Virus record (IMG/VR): IMGVR_UViG_3300030744_000156
Span: 1 to 64,000 of that record
Source of the DNA: a virus
Lineage: Duplodnaviria > Caudoviricetes
DNA: 64,000 bases
Reading direction: 5' to 3' (one strand)
In this document: in pieces, positions 36,366 to 44,614 of the stretch
Position numbering within the stretch: position 1 is the stretch's first letter
How the letters are laid out: every line of letters starts with the position of its first letter
Program-made: the position numbers and the translations under genes
Notes under the pieces: generated by a model
Told to the model about the DNA's origin: nothing
The model's input: only the letters and a program-made list of their open reading frames with translations
The model's database searches: none

Positions 36366-36633
36366 CAAGGTCCCCACACCCTCGCTGACCTGCACTTCGC
36401 GAATAAGCCCTGTTCAGGGCGTTGGTGTGCGTTGGTCTCACGTGGATTCGCACGGTCTTCTGGAGTGTGTCGTCTCCCCAGATTCTCCCCGCACACCCCC
36501 TCAGTACCCCGCTAGTCCGTTTGGGTGCAGCACCGAACCGGTCGCACCCACTGCTCGTTGACTCGGCAAGGACCTTCGCGACGGGCGCGGATCCGCCACG
36601 TTCCGCGCGTGTCCGCGTAAGGGAAGTGAGCCC

Positions 36634-36846
36634 ATGCCGAACCGGGAGATTCCGTTCCGCGAGATCCTCGACTGCCGCGACACGAAAGGGAACAAGATCC
36701 AGATAGCGGCGGGATCCACACGAGACGGCAGGGTCGTACTCCTCAACCCCTCCGGACACATACCCGTGCTGAACCTCCAGCAGGCCACCGAGTTCGTGGA
36801 CAAGCTGCGGCATGTCATCCAAGACGCCGCCCAACGCGACGGATAG
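36634..36846 (+). CDS. Small hypothetical protein (similar to 52803..53051)
   Basis: ORF track; GGGAAG upstream. Confidence 0.6.
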   Translation: MPNREIPFREILDCRDTKGNKIQIAAGSTRDGRVVLLNPSGHIPVLNLQQATEFVDKLRHVIQDAAQRDG

Positions 36847-36900
36847 CCGGCGGCCCCAGCGCCACGAGAGAGCACCGGGGCCGCTGCTGTGCGCCGCGAA

Positions 36901-37407
36901 CTATGCGTCCCCGTTGGTCGACACGGCGTTGTTCTGAACGACGAGATCCCAGCGGTCGTCGTCGTCCTCGCCCTGCGCCTCGATCACCCCGTTCACCTGG
37001 TGGTCGAACGTGAAGTGCTGGAGTTCGTCGGCGTAGACCCGGCCAGGCACCGGAGCCGCGAGTTCCCGCTGGACCGTCGCGCCAGGCTTGAGGAACGTGT
37101 CGATCAGGTAGGTCATCCACTCGGCGGAGCGGTAGAACTTCTCGACGCCGTTCCACTCGATGCCGTCGCCGTGCTCGGTGGGCACCCATCCGCACCACAG
37201 TCCGGGCTGGTCTGCGGGCTGCTGGTTGTAGTCCTTGATGTCCGCGTCGCGCCCCTGGCCTGCGTAGCCGGTGCCATCAACGAAGTACGGGCCGTTGGCG
37301 CGGTGCATGCGGCGGGTGGTGCCGAACTTCGTCAGGTACGCGATCTCGTGCGGGTTCAGCGGCGGGACGACGGTGACGTGGCCGGTGAAGTCGGTGGTGT
37401 AGCCCAT
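36901..37407 (-). CDS. Hypothetical phage protein
   Basis: MGYTTDFTG...QPGLWCGWVP...EKFYRSAEWMTYLI; GAGGAG RBS. Confidence 0.7.
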   Translation of the reverse strand: MGYTTDFTGHVTVVPPLNPHEIAYLTKFGTTRRMHRANGPYFVDGTGYAGQGRDADIKDYNQQPADQPGLWCGWVPTEHGDGIEWNGVEKFYRSAEWMTYLIDTFLKPGATVQRELAAPVPGRVYADELQHFTFDHQVNGVIEAQGEDDDDRWDLVVQNNAVSTNGDA

Positions 37408-37418
37408 CGAGGTTCTCC

Positions 37419-37796
37419 TCAGGTGTTGTTGGCGGTCTGTGAGCGGACGACGCCCGCCCACGTTTGGTGCAGCGTCGGCCAGTTCTCGCCGGGTTCGAGC
37501 GCTTGGGCGGGCAGTCTGCCCTGCGCCACGGCGAGCCGGACGCCGACGTGCTCGTGCCCGAACTGGGCGAGCCATCCAGCGCAGGCGAGGTCGTCGTTTG
37601 TGCCGGGCTCGCCCTTGTGGCAGCCGAACAGCGGGTCACCGGGCATCGGCTGACGGCCGGTCTCCGGATCGCGCACGCTCGCGGTGAGGGCGTCCCAGCG
37701 TTCGGCGGAGAACTTCGCGTCCGGGTTGTCCGCGTTGTCCGCGCGGATCGGACAGGGCGCACACGGGAAGCGGCGGCGCGGCAGCTCGTCGGGCAT
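37419..37796 (-). CDS. DUF6283-like protein
   Basis: PCAPCPIR...FGCH...LACAGWLA...VRLAV. Confidence 0.7.
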   Translation of the reverse strand: MPDELPRRRFPCAPCPIRADNADNPDAKFSAERWDALTASVRDPETGRQPMPGDPLFGCHKGEPGTNDDLACAGWLAQFGHEHVGVRLAVAQGRLPAQALEPGENWPTLHQTWAGVVRSQTANNT

Positions 37797-37809
37797 TACT
37801 CAACTCCAG

Positions 37810-38580
37810 TCAGGCCGAGGCAAGGTCGACGATCTGCTTCATGGACAGGTCGTTGCGGAACCGGTGCCCGATCCTCGCCTCGACCGCCACGTATTCGATG
37901 GCGAGCTCGGGATTCAAGCGAGCGGCGAGCACGAGCTCCTTCTGCCCGGCCAGGACGCAGAACACACACGAGAGGCGCGGCATCCCGGCGTCGTACGCCG
38001 GGTGGTGCGGCAGACCGGAGCGGCGGATCGTGGCCCACACCTGCTCCGTGGTCCAGTCGAAGATCGGCAGCCAGCGGTCCACGGTCCGCCGGCCGTTGGT
38101 AGCTGCGACGTCTGGGCCGAACGCGGTCTTCTTTGCTCGCGCCGGGGACTCGTCGGCGCGGATACCAAGGCAGTTCAGGATGCGGATCGGCCCCACGTGG
38201 CCAGCAGTACGGTGCTCGGCGGCGAGCCGGGTCATCAGCTTGGCCACCTGACTGGTCTTCTGGTCGCTGGTGCAGTAGCGCGCCGTGCTGGACGGGAACA
38301 TGCCGCGCGCCTCGATCTGGTTCAGCAGATCACCACGCTCGCGGCGTACGACCTCGAAGCGCAGTCCGTATGCGGCGGCCTGCCGCTCGGCCAGTTCGCG
38401 GGTGCCCTGCCATTCGACCCGTCCGAGGTCAGCGTGCACCGCCACGATCCGGGCCCGCTCGACGCTGGCGGCATCGGCCAGCTCGACGACGTGCGTGAGC
38501 ATCGCCTGTGAGTCCTTGCCTGCGCTGGAGTTCACGAGGATCACGTCATAAGACGCGAGATCCGGCAGGGGCTTGCTCAC
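37810..38580 (-). CDS. PAPS-reductase-family (PP-loop) protein
   Basis: SSAGKDS, RYCTSDQK, GIRADES, WLPIFDW, HPAY..GMPRLSCVFC. Confidence 0.85.
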   Translation of the reverse strand: MSKPLPDLASYDVILVNSSAGKDSQAMLTHVVELADAASVERARIVAVHADLGRVEWQGTRELAERQAAAYGLRFEVVRRERGDLLNQIEARGMFPSSTARYCTSDQKTSQVAKLMTRLAAEHRTAGHVGPIRILNCLGIRADESPARAKKTAFGPDVAATNGRRTVDRWLPIFDWTTEQVWATIRRSGLPHHPAYDAGMPRLSCVFCVLAGQKELVLAARLNPELAIEYVAVEARIGHRFRNDLSMKQIVDLASA

Positions 38581-38583
38581 GGG

Positions 38584-38733
38584 TCAGTCCTCTCGGGCGG
38601 CGTTGCGGGTGATGGCTGCGATGAACGCGGGCAGCTCCGGCAGGATGTGCGTCTCGTTGACGTCGATCGGGTACTCGTTGCGGGAGAGCGTGTCGGCGAT
38701 GTCGTAGGCCAACATCTCCAGGTCGATGTCCAC
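38584..38733 (-). CDS. Small hypothetical protein (not in ORF track)
   Basis: Read from sequence: VDIDLEMLAYDIADTLSRNEYPIDVNETHILPELPAFIAAITRNAARED; fills the gap exactly. Confidence 0.5.
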   Translation of the reverse strand: MDIDLEMLAYDIADTLSRNEYPIDVNETHILPELPAFIAAITRNAARED

Positions 38734-38737
38734 GGCG

Positions 38738-39259
38738 TCACGCTTTCAGCTCGTCGGCCGCGCGCTGCTCGCGGGCCTGGGCGGTGGCGAGGCGGCCGGC
38801 GAGTCGGTCACGCCGCTGGGTGAGCGCCGTGTACCGCTGCAGGTCGCGATCCATGCGCTCGAACCGGCGCCGGCCAGCACGGGCAGCCGCCCGGCTCCGG
38901 GCGTGGGGCGAGAGGTTCGCTGCCGCGCGGTCCGGCACGTCGTTGGCGTCGAACGTCGCCAGCTGGGCGATGACGTTCTCCAGTTCGGCGCGGATCGACT
39001 CGGCGGAGCGGTACACGCGAGGCTTCGGGACGCGCTTCGGCGCGGGTGTGGTCTCCGGCAGGACGACATGCTGCTCGTCCTCGTCGCGGACGAACCACTC
39101 CAGCAGCGGCGGGAAGCGCAGCAGCGGGCCGGACTGTTCCAGGGTGGCGACGTAAGCGGCCTGCCGGGCGAGGAGCACCAGGATGTAGTCCTCGCCGCTG
39201 ATCGGTTCGGTGAGCGCCGTCGAATCGGCGGGGTCGTACGGAATCGGGGACGCGGTCAC
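38738..39259 (-). CDS. Hypothetical protein
   Basis: ORF track. Confidence 0.6.
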   Translation of the reverse strand: MTASPIPYDPADSTALTEPISGEDYILVLLARQAAYVATLEQSGPLLRFPPLLEWFVRDEDEQHVVLPETTPAPKRVPKPRVYRSAESIRAELENVIAQLATFDANDVPDRAAANLSPHARSRAAARAGRRRFERMDRDLQRYTALTQRRDRLAGRLATAQAREQRAADELKA

Positions 39260-39729
39260 CGGGTCTCACCTCCGCCCAGGTTGTAGATCGGCTCGTCGTC
39301 GACGCCAGTCATCCATTCGGGGATCTCGCCGATCTCGTCCTCAACGGGGGCGGGGGCGAGTCGGCCGGTGCCCCTGCAGTAGCGGCAGCGGCGTTGAACC
39401 GTCCGGCGGCGGTGAGTGATGGCGGCGTGCACGGAGTCCTCGACACGCCCACGACCGCCACAGTTGCGGCACTCGGGGCATTCGGCCAGCACGTCCGCGA
39501 TGACCTGTGCGCCAGTGCGGCCGTCGATGAGGTCCTCGGCCCATGCGTCGTACGCGGCCTTGACCTGCGGGTACTTGCCGTACAGGTGCTCGGTGATGAG
39601 GCCCCGCACGAGCTTCCCGGCGTCGTCCAGGTCGGGCGTCTCGTCGAGCGCGAGAAGCGCGGTGAGGTTGACCTGGTCGGATGCCTGCGCGATGTGCGCC
39701 ACGAGGCGCTGACGGTCGGTGGTCTGCAT
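39256..39729 (-). CDS. Hypothetical protein with DnaJ-like CxxCxGxG motifs
   Basis: CRNCGGRG and CRYCRGTG. Confidence 0.6.
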   Translation of the reverse strand: MQTTDRQRLVAHIAQASDQVNLTALLALDETPDLDDAGKLVRGLITEHLYGKYPQVKAAYDAWAEDLIDGRTGAQVIADVLAECPECRNCGGRGRVEDSVHAAITHRRRTVQRRCRYCRGTGRLAPAPVEDEIGEIPEWMTGVDDEPIYNLGGGETR

Positions 39730-39748
39730 GTCGACTCCAAGAACTCGT

Positions 39749-40099
39749 TCAGGCGGCAGCCAGGATGGTGGCTGCAACCCTGTGAAAGCACACGCGCTGG
39801 TCGGCACGCTCGGACTTGAGGCCGGCGGCGCACGTGCAGGTCTGCGGTGCGGTGAGGTAGGTGCGGGTGCCGTCGGTGGACACGGCGCGGAATACGCGAC
39901 GCCCCCGGATCGGCAGGATGCCGCCGTCGGCGATCAGCTCCTGGGCCTTGGCGATCTGGGCGGGCTTGAACTCGGCGGTCCTCGCGGCGGCGGCGATCTT
40001 CGCCTTGCAGGTGCGACCAGCACCGTCCGCGATCGCCTTGGCGGCACGCAGGACACGACCGCAGCGGATGCACTTGGCGGTGGTCTGCGTGGCGGGCAT
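39749..40099 (-). CDS. DUF6011-like plus SWIM zinc-finger protein
   Basis: CIRCGRVL...GAGRTC; CTC...CFH. Confidence 0.7.
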   Translation of the reverse strand: MPATQTTAKCIRCGRVLRAAKAIADGAGRTCKAKIAAAARTAEFKPAQIAKAQELIADGGILPIRGRRVFRAVSTDGTRTYLTAPQTCTCAAGLKSERADQRVCFHRVAATILAAA

Positions 40100-40108
40100 C
40101 CCTGGCTC

Positions 40109-40175
40109 CTGTCAACTAGGTTCCGAACATGGTTGACAGTACGTGGGCGCCGTGGCACTGTCAACCATGTTCCGA
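40109..40175. promoter_or_regulatory. Symmetric divergent promoter/operator
   Basis: 16-bp inverted repeat 40125-40140 / 40157-40172. Minus strand TTGACA-17-TACTGT; plus strand TTGACA-17-CACTGT. A third motif copy lies at 40109. Confidence 0.75.
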
Positions 40176-40216
40176 CCCAAGGTCCAACCACAGTTGCGAA
40201 CGGAGGTGATGGCACG

Positions 40217-40465
40217 ATGCTGCTCGTGGCACGAGACGAGATTCCCAAGCTCAGGGCGCTACGCGACGAGCTCGACGCGGCGGCGAAAGAAGCCGCCGAG
40301 ATCGTCGACCCGCCGAAGAAGGCCCTCATGGAGGCCATCGTGGAGGCGTTTGCCGCCGGCGAGCCCGACTCGCGGATTGCCCGCTCGGTGGATTGGTCGC
40401 GGGAGTACGTCGGGCGGTTGCGCAAGAAGCTGGCGTCGAAGCAACGAGATGACGAGGAGGACTGA
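40217..40465 (+). CDS. Small HTH regulator
   Basis: GGAGGTG RBS; DSRIARSVDWSREYVGRLRK. Confidence 0.65.
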   Translation: MLLVARDEIPKLRALRDELDAAAKEAAEIVDPPKKALMEAIVEAFAAGEPDSRIARSVDWSREYVGRLRKKLASKQRDDEED

Positions 40466-40466
40466 C

Positions 40467-40979
40467 GTGGGCGACGTGCCAAGACCACTGCTTCTGCTCG
40501 ACGTCGACGGCCCTCTCAACCCGTTCCGTGCGACGAAGCCCGAGGGCTACACGATGCACAAGCTCCCAACCGCTGGCAGCTCGTTCAACGTGTGGCTCAA
40601 CCACGGCCACGGCGCCATGCTGCTGGCGTTCGCGGAGCGGCACAGTTTCAAGCTGGTGTGGTGCACGACGTGGGAGCACGACGCGAACAAGCACATCGGC
40701 CCGCACATTGGCCTGCCCGAGCTGCCGGTCATCGAGTTCGGGTTTACCGCCACCGAGTGGAAGTTCAACGCCGTCCTCGACTACGCCGCCGGCAGGCCGC
40801 TGGCGTGGCTGGACGACGACTTCGAGCTGTTCGACGCCGAGCAGCAGTGGTTCGAGCAGCAGCGCGGTGATGCGCCGACGCTGCTGCACCTCGTGAGCCC
40901 GAAAGTCGGGATCACGACCGAAGACCTCGACGCCGTCGCAGCCTGGGCGGCTCAACTCAAGGGAGCAGATGCCGCGTGA
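40467..40979 (+). CDS. HAD phosphatase of the Swiss-Army-Knife RNA-repair type
   Basis: LLLDVDGPLNP, LVWCTTWE..AN, WK, LAWLDDD, V.P.VG. Confidence 0.8.
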   Translation: MGDVPRPLLLLDVDGPLNPFRATKPEGYTMHKLPTAGSSFNVWLNHGHGAMLLAFAERHSFKLVWCTTWEHDANKHIGPHIGLPELPVIEFGFTATEWKFNAVLDYAAGRPLAWLDDDFELFDAEQQWFEQQRGDAPTLLHLVSPKVGITTEDLDAVAAWAAQLKGADAA

Positions 40980-41257
40980 GCGAGCAGAACGTGGACGACG
41001 AAGAGAACGGCACGCAGGACCTGGTGCTCGACTACGACTTCACCGACTACGTCGAGGGCACAGTGTCGATCCGGCACGGCGAGGGTTCGATTACCTTGCC
41101 TGTCGGCGCCGCAAGCGCACTGCTCGAAAAGGCCGCGCGAGAGATCAGCGAGGAGCTGACCGAGCGATCGTGTCCCGGCAGGCCGGCCACCGGTTCCTCG
41201 GCTACCTCCACGGCCAGCGTCAACGCATGCTCAACGGCAACGTCCACGCCCGCGTGA
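40976..41257 (+). CDS. Acidic hypothetical protein; tail reads out-of-frame through the nucleotidyltransferase remnant
   Basis: ORF track; protein-like only up to about EELTER (~41165). Confidence 0.5.
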   Translation: MSEQNVDDEENGTQDLVLDYDFTDYVEGTVSIRHGEGSITLPVGAASALLEKAAREISEELTERSCPGRPATGSSATSTASVNACSTATSTPA

Positions 41258-41583
41258 ACCGGCCCGAGCTCGTCGAGAAGTACGGCCATGACACGAAGTA
41301 CGCCGCGCACATGGTCCGCCTCGCCGTGCAGGGCGTAGAGCTGCTGGAGACCGGGCGGATGACCCTGCCCATGTCGGAGCCGTGGCGTACCTGGATCCGG
41401 GACCTGCGGCAGGGCAAGCACACCGAGCAGGAAGCGATCGAAGCCGCTGACGAGCTGGAAGCACGGCTCAAGGTGCTCACCGAGACCGCGGACCTGCCGG
41501 CACGTCCGGACACGGCGCGGGCGAACAGGTGGCTGATCGAGACCTACCAGCGGGCTTGGGTGCACGGGAGGTGGGTGCCGTGA
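41164..41583 (+). pseudogene. C-terminal half of a Pol-beta-superfamily (RlaP-like) nucleotidyltransferase
   Basis: IVSRQAGHRFLGYL..QRQRM...NRPELVEKYGHDTKYAAHMVRL..QGVELL.TG; the N-terminal GS...DxD catalytic part is absent. Confidence 0.7.
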
Positions 41584-41879
41584 GTTCGACTGCTGTCGAG
41601 ATGCTCGACGCCGCCCAGTGCCGGATGCGCGCGGCTGTCGCCGCTCAGGAACCGGCTGAGGTCGTGCACCCCCTGATGCTGGACGTCGCGGCCGTGTTCG
41701 ACGCGCTCGGGTTCGACTCGACGAGTGTCCGCCGTACCGCAGACATGCTCGTGCCGATGTTCGGCCTGCACGCCCAGCACGAGCGGGAACGGCTGCCGTG
41801 GTGGCGGCGGCGCAAGTACCAGGCGCCGAACTACGCGGCGCGGGTCCAGGCCTACAGAGAAGGTGTGCACCGTGGATGA
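41580..41879 (+). CDS. Hypothetical protein
   Basis: GTG start, coupled. Confidence 0.55.
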   Translation: MSSTAVEMLDAAQCRMRAAVAAQEPAEVVHPLMLDVAAVFDALGFDSTSVRRTADMLVPMFGLHAQHERERLPWWRRRKYQAPNYAARVQAYREGVHRG

Positions 41880-42252
41880 GACGTTGAAGGACGCGGCCGA
41901 GCACTCCGGCATCGCGGCAGCCAAGAGGTGGCTCACCGCCCTCACCGAGGCAATGGAAGCCGAGGCTGTGCCGGGTGACACGCGGCGCCGGATCGTGAAC
42001 CGGGTTCTGTTCGGCGATCCGGACGGCGACGTGTTCGAGAAGGCCTCACTGGAGGTTGAGGCGAGGCTGGCCAGGATGGACCCCGCCAGGGTGCTCGGGT
42101 TCCGCCAGGACGAGTGGAGTAAGCGGGCCGAGTCGATGCGCCGTGCACTGGAAGACACCGGCCGGGGGCTGACCCGCGTCCTCGACGCTGCTGGGTTCGA
42201 GAATCTGGAAGTCCGCTGGGACGAGCACCCCGAGGAGACCGACCGTGGGTAA
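41872..42252 (+). CDS. Hypothetical protein
   Basis: GTG start, coupled. Confidence 0.55.
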   Translation: MDETLKDAAEHSGIAAAKRWLTALTEAMEAEAVPGDTRRRIVNRVLFGDPDGDVFEKASLEVEARLARMDPARVLGFRQDEWSKRAESMRRALEDTGRGLTRVLDAAGFENLEVRWDEHPEETDRG

Positions 42253-42526
42253 CCAGATCGTCAAGCAGCCTGACGGCAAGTACGCGATCTTCTCCAGCAT
42301 CACCGACACCATCGTGTTCTGGGACGCCACCTACGACGAGATCGTGCAGTTCTTCGTCGACCGGGCCATCGAGGACACCAAACGTTCAGTGCAGAAGGTC
42401 CTCGACCACGTCGCCGCTGACGAACCGCGCAAGGCCTACTACCAGTTCACGATGACCTGGGAGGAAGCCCTTAGGGATGACCGTGACGGCGGCGGCGAAG
42501 TGTGGAAGGAGTACAGCCGTGGATGA
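42245..42526 (+). CDS. Hypothetical protein
   Basis: ORF track, coupled. Confidence 0.6.
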   Translation: MGNQIVKQPDGKYAIFSSITDTIVFWDATYDEIVQFFVDRAIEDTKRSVQKVLDHVAADEPRKAYYQFTMTWEEALRDDRDGGGEVWKEYSRG

Positions 42527-42971
42527 CATCCCCATACGACCCGAGGCGGTCGCTGCCGCACGCTGGTGGGTCGACACCATCACCGCCCCGCCCAAGAACG
42601 ACGAGTACGGCGATGCAGCGCTGAACGCAGGCATGGCGCGCTCACGCCTCCAGCCTGCGCCCACCACCTGGACACCCGAGCAGGTCGAGGCGTTCCGCGT
42701 TGAGCTCGAACGACGCATCGATGCCCACTGCGCCGAGACGTCGTGGCGCCCGGACGAGCCGAACTACGGCTCCGGGGTGCGGGTGATGATCTGCGACTAC
42801 GGCCCAGACCCCGTGCTGAAGGACGCCGCCGAGGCAGTCGGCCTGCGGTTGCAGAACCGCGACACGCCAGCGAAGACGTTCGTGTGGGTGAACCCAGGCG
42901 AGGTCAAGGCACAGCTGGGCTACTCGGCACCGCGCGAGGTCGTGTGGAGCGAGGAGTACGGCCGTGGCTGA
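42519..42971 (+). CDS. Hypothetical protein
   Basis: GTG after AAGGAG RBS. Confidence 0.6.
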   Translation: MDDIPIRPEAVAAARWWVDTITAPPKNDEYGDAALNAGMARSRLQPAPTTWTPEQVEAFRVELERRIDAHCAETSWRPDEPNYGSGVRVMICDYGPDPVLKDAAEAVGLRLQNRDTPAKTFVWVNPGEVKAQLGYSAPREVVWSEEYGRG

Positions 42972-43422
42972 CGACTGGATGACCGACGACCACAAGGCCG
43001 CCGCCCTGGAGGGCTTCCGGGGAAACCCGGTGGCGGTCGCGTTCGCCCTGCAGAGGGCCGAGGAAGAACGCGAGGCACGCAAGGCTCAGGCCATGGTGGC
43101 GTGGGTGCGGGAGCAGATCGCCCACAATCGGGGCATCGCAGAAGCCGCCCACGCCGACGACTACCAGTCCATCGAGGACGAGTCGGACGCGATGGAAAGG
43201 TTCCGCCGCAGGTTCAACACGGAAGCCGTGCTTGAGCAGTGCACGGCGCACGCGGCGATCATCGACCGCTACGCGGTGGCCATGGGCATACCGGAGAACA
43301 GGATCTCCAGCTTCGTGCGCGGCCAGGACGACGGCTACCGACAGGGCTGTCTCGACGCGATCCGAGACATCGCTGTGTCGATGGCAGACCGGCCCGGCTT
43401 CCGGGAGGAGTGGCGTCCATGA
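42964..43422 (+). CDS. Hypothetical phage protein
   Basis: ORF track, coupled. Confidence 0.6.
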   Translation: MADDWMTDDHKAAALEGFRGNPVAVAFALQRAEEEREARKAQAMVAWVREQIAHNRGIAEAAHADDYQSIEDESDAMERFRRRFNTEAVLEQCTAHAAIIDRYAVAMGIPENRISSFVRGQDDGYRQGCLDAIRDIAVSMADRPGFREEWRP

Positions 43423-43685
43423 CCGAAACCGGTCGCCTCGTTGGCGGTCCGCACGACGGCACCACGTTCCCCGTCAATGACAGGTTCTGGCACGCCCGCC
43501 CCGACCAGCTCCCTGAGCCTGCGCAACGCGTCTACGTCACCGAGGACGGACACCGCTCGTTCTGGTTCACGGCCAGCGTGACCGGTGCCGGCGTGTTCGG
43601 CCCGCCGCCACTGAGTAGGTACGACCTGGACCCGGACGACAGCGGCTGGCTCTACCAGTACGTGGGCGAGGAGCAGCATGGATGA
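43419..43685 (+). CDS. Hypothetical protein
   Basis: ATG after GGAGGAG RBS; LVGGPHDG motif. Confidence 0.55.
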   Translation: MTETGRLVGGPHDGTTFPVNDRFWHARPDQLPEPAQRVYVTEDGHRSFWFTASVTGAGVFGPPPLSRYDLDPDDSGWLYQYVGEEQHG

Positions 43686-44028
43686 CCCGAGCCAGCACGA
43701 CGAGCTGGTCCGCCAGGTCAAGGAGCGATACCGCGCCGCTGGCATCACGCCTGCCCTCCGCACTGACTGGGCCGAGGAGGACCTCGTCTACTGGCTGGAG
43801 GACGGCATCGAAGGGCAGATCCAACGTCTCGACGGCGACCGCGCCCTGGTCTGGTGGGAGGACGACGACCTCTCCTGGATCGACACCGCCGAGCTCCAGA
43901 AGCCCGATGACCTCCAGCACAGACCACCGACAAGACCGACGCGATCCGGCAGCCCACCCCATGCACCGATCTGGCCAGCCTGGACCCCAGGCAACCTCCC
44001 CGAAGGGACCGCCCGTGACCGCTCCTGA
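43678..44028 (+). CDS. Hypothetical protein
   Basis: ORF track, coupled. Confidence 0.5.
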   Translation: MDDPSQHDELVRQVKERYRAAGITPALRTDWAEEDLVYWLEDGIEGQIQRLDGDRALVWWEDDDLSWIDTAELQKPDDLQHRPPTRPTRSGSPPHAPIWPAWTPGNLPEGTARDRS

Positions 44029-44332
44029 CCTGGTGCGGCAGCCGCCCGCAGTCGCCAACGCCCCGCAGATCGGCATGTGCGGCGCCGGCTACTGCGACCG
44101 ACCCGCCGTGGCCTACGTGTCCCGCACGGTCGGCGTCTCCCGCCGGGTCACGATCATCATCGGCCCGCGCGGCGAGTTCCTGGGCGAACAGAACCAGCCA
44201 GAGCTGCGCTGCTTCGACTGCCTACACGACGAGGTCGACACCGCACTCGCCTCCACCGGCATCCCGGTGCACGCCGCAGAACGCCCGCCGGCTGAAGCGC
44301 GGGCTGATCGTCCGGTTTCACATACGCCTTGA
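44015..44332 (+). CDS. Hypothetical protein with CxxxxC/CxxC
   Basis: GTG start in ORF 43682..44332. Confidence 0.5.
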   Translation: MTAPDLVRQPPAVANAPQIGMCGAGYCDRPAVAYVSRTVGVSRRVTIIIGPRGEFLGEQNQPELRCFDCLHDEVDTALASTGIPVHAAERPPAEARADRPVSHTP

Positions 44333-44347
44333 CAGGACGCTTACGCT
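44309..44347 (+). promoter_or_regulatory. Operator copy plus putative -10 (TACGCT) for the Y RNA/Ro operon
   Basis: CGTCCGGTTT-N11-TGACAGGACG at 44309-44339; TACGCT at 44342-44347. Confidence 0.6.
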
Positions 44348-44356
44348 GAGCGAGCA

Positions 44357-44426
44357 CTCCCGGTGCGAAGTCCAACGGCTACTTCCTTGGGTGAAACGAC
44401 GCCGTCGGACGACCTGATCTCGGGAG
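44357..44426 (+). ncRNA. Short Y RNA (Ro-binding stem, no tRNA-like domain)
   Basis: CTCCCG-GTGCGAAGTC ... GACCTGATCT-CGGGAG terminal stem; internal CTACTTCC; same architecture as the adjacent Y RNA. Confidence 0.65.
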
Positions 44427-44436
44427 CCCACAACTC

Positions 44437-44578
44437 CACACGTGCCCGGTGCGCAGGCGAGGCCTACTTCCAACTGCTAATTGGGTGGTCCGGGTTCGAA
44501 TCCCGGCGGCCTTTCGGGGCTGTGGTGTAACGGCAGCACGCTATGTCGGCTTCACCGTCTTGATCTCGGGCCCGTGTG
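44437..44578 (+). ncRNA. yrlA: YrlA-like Y RNA with circularly permuted tRNA-like domain
   Basis: Outer stem CACACG-GCCCG/CGGGC-CGTGTG; GTGCG/TTGATCT Ro site; T arm CCGGG-TTCGAAT-CCCGG; UUCG-capped acceptor-like stem; D arm GTG-TAACGGCAG-CAC; directly upstream of Ro60. Confidence 0.8.
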
Positions 44579-44614
44579 GGGCTGTAGCTCCCCTTCCGCT
44601 GAAGGGTTGAGCCC

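Larger units (their letters stand above)
36231..36490. mobile_element. attP region: tRNA-Pro(GGG) 3'-half core flanked by 21-bp arm repeats
   Basis: TCGTCTCCCCAGATTCTCCCC at 36231-36251 and 36470-36490; core at 36323-36365. Confidence 0.8.

Noticed and set aside
37810-38580. cysH as an auxiliary sulfur-metabolism gene
   Set aside because: There is no sulfate-assimilation context and the motifs fit the broader mobile-element PAPS-reductase-like family, so no gene symbol was assigned.
41120-41175. Programmed frameshift joining the acidic ORF to the nucleotidyltransferase fragment
   Set aside because: No X XXY YYZ slippery heptamer or downstream stimulator is visible, and the fusion would still lack the catalytic motifs.
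44485-44540. Ordinary tRNA suggested by GGGTTCGAATCCC
   Set aside because: The T arm precedes the D arm, the acceptor-like stem is closed by a UUCG loop, and there is no anticodon arm or CCA. This fits a YrlA-type Y RNA.
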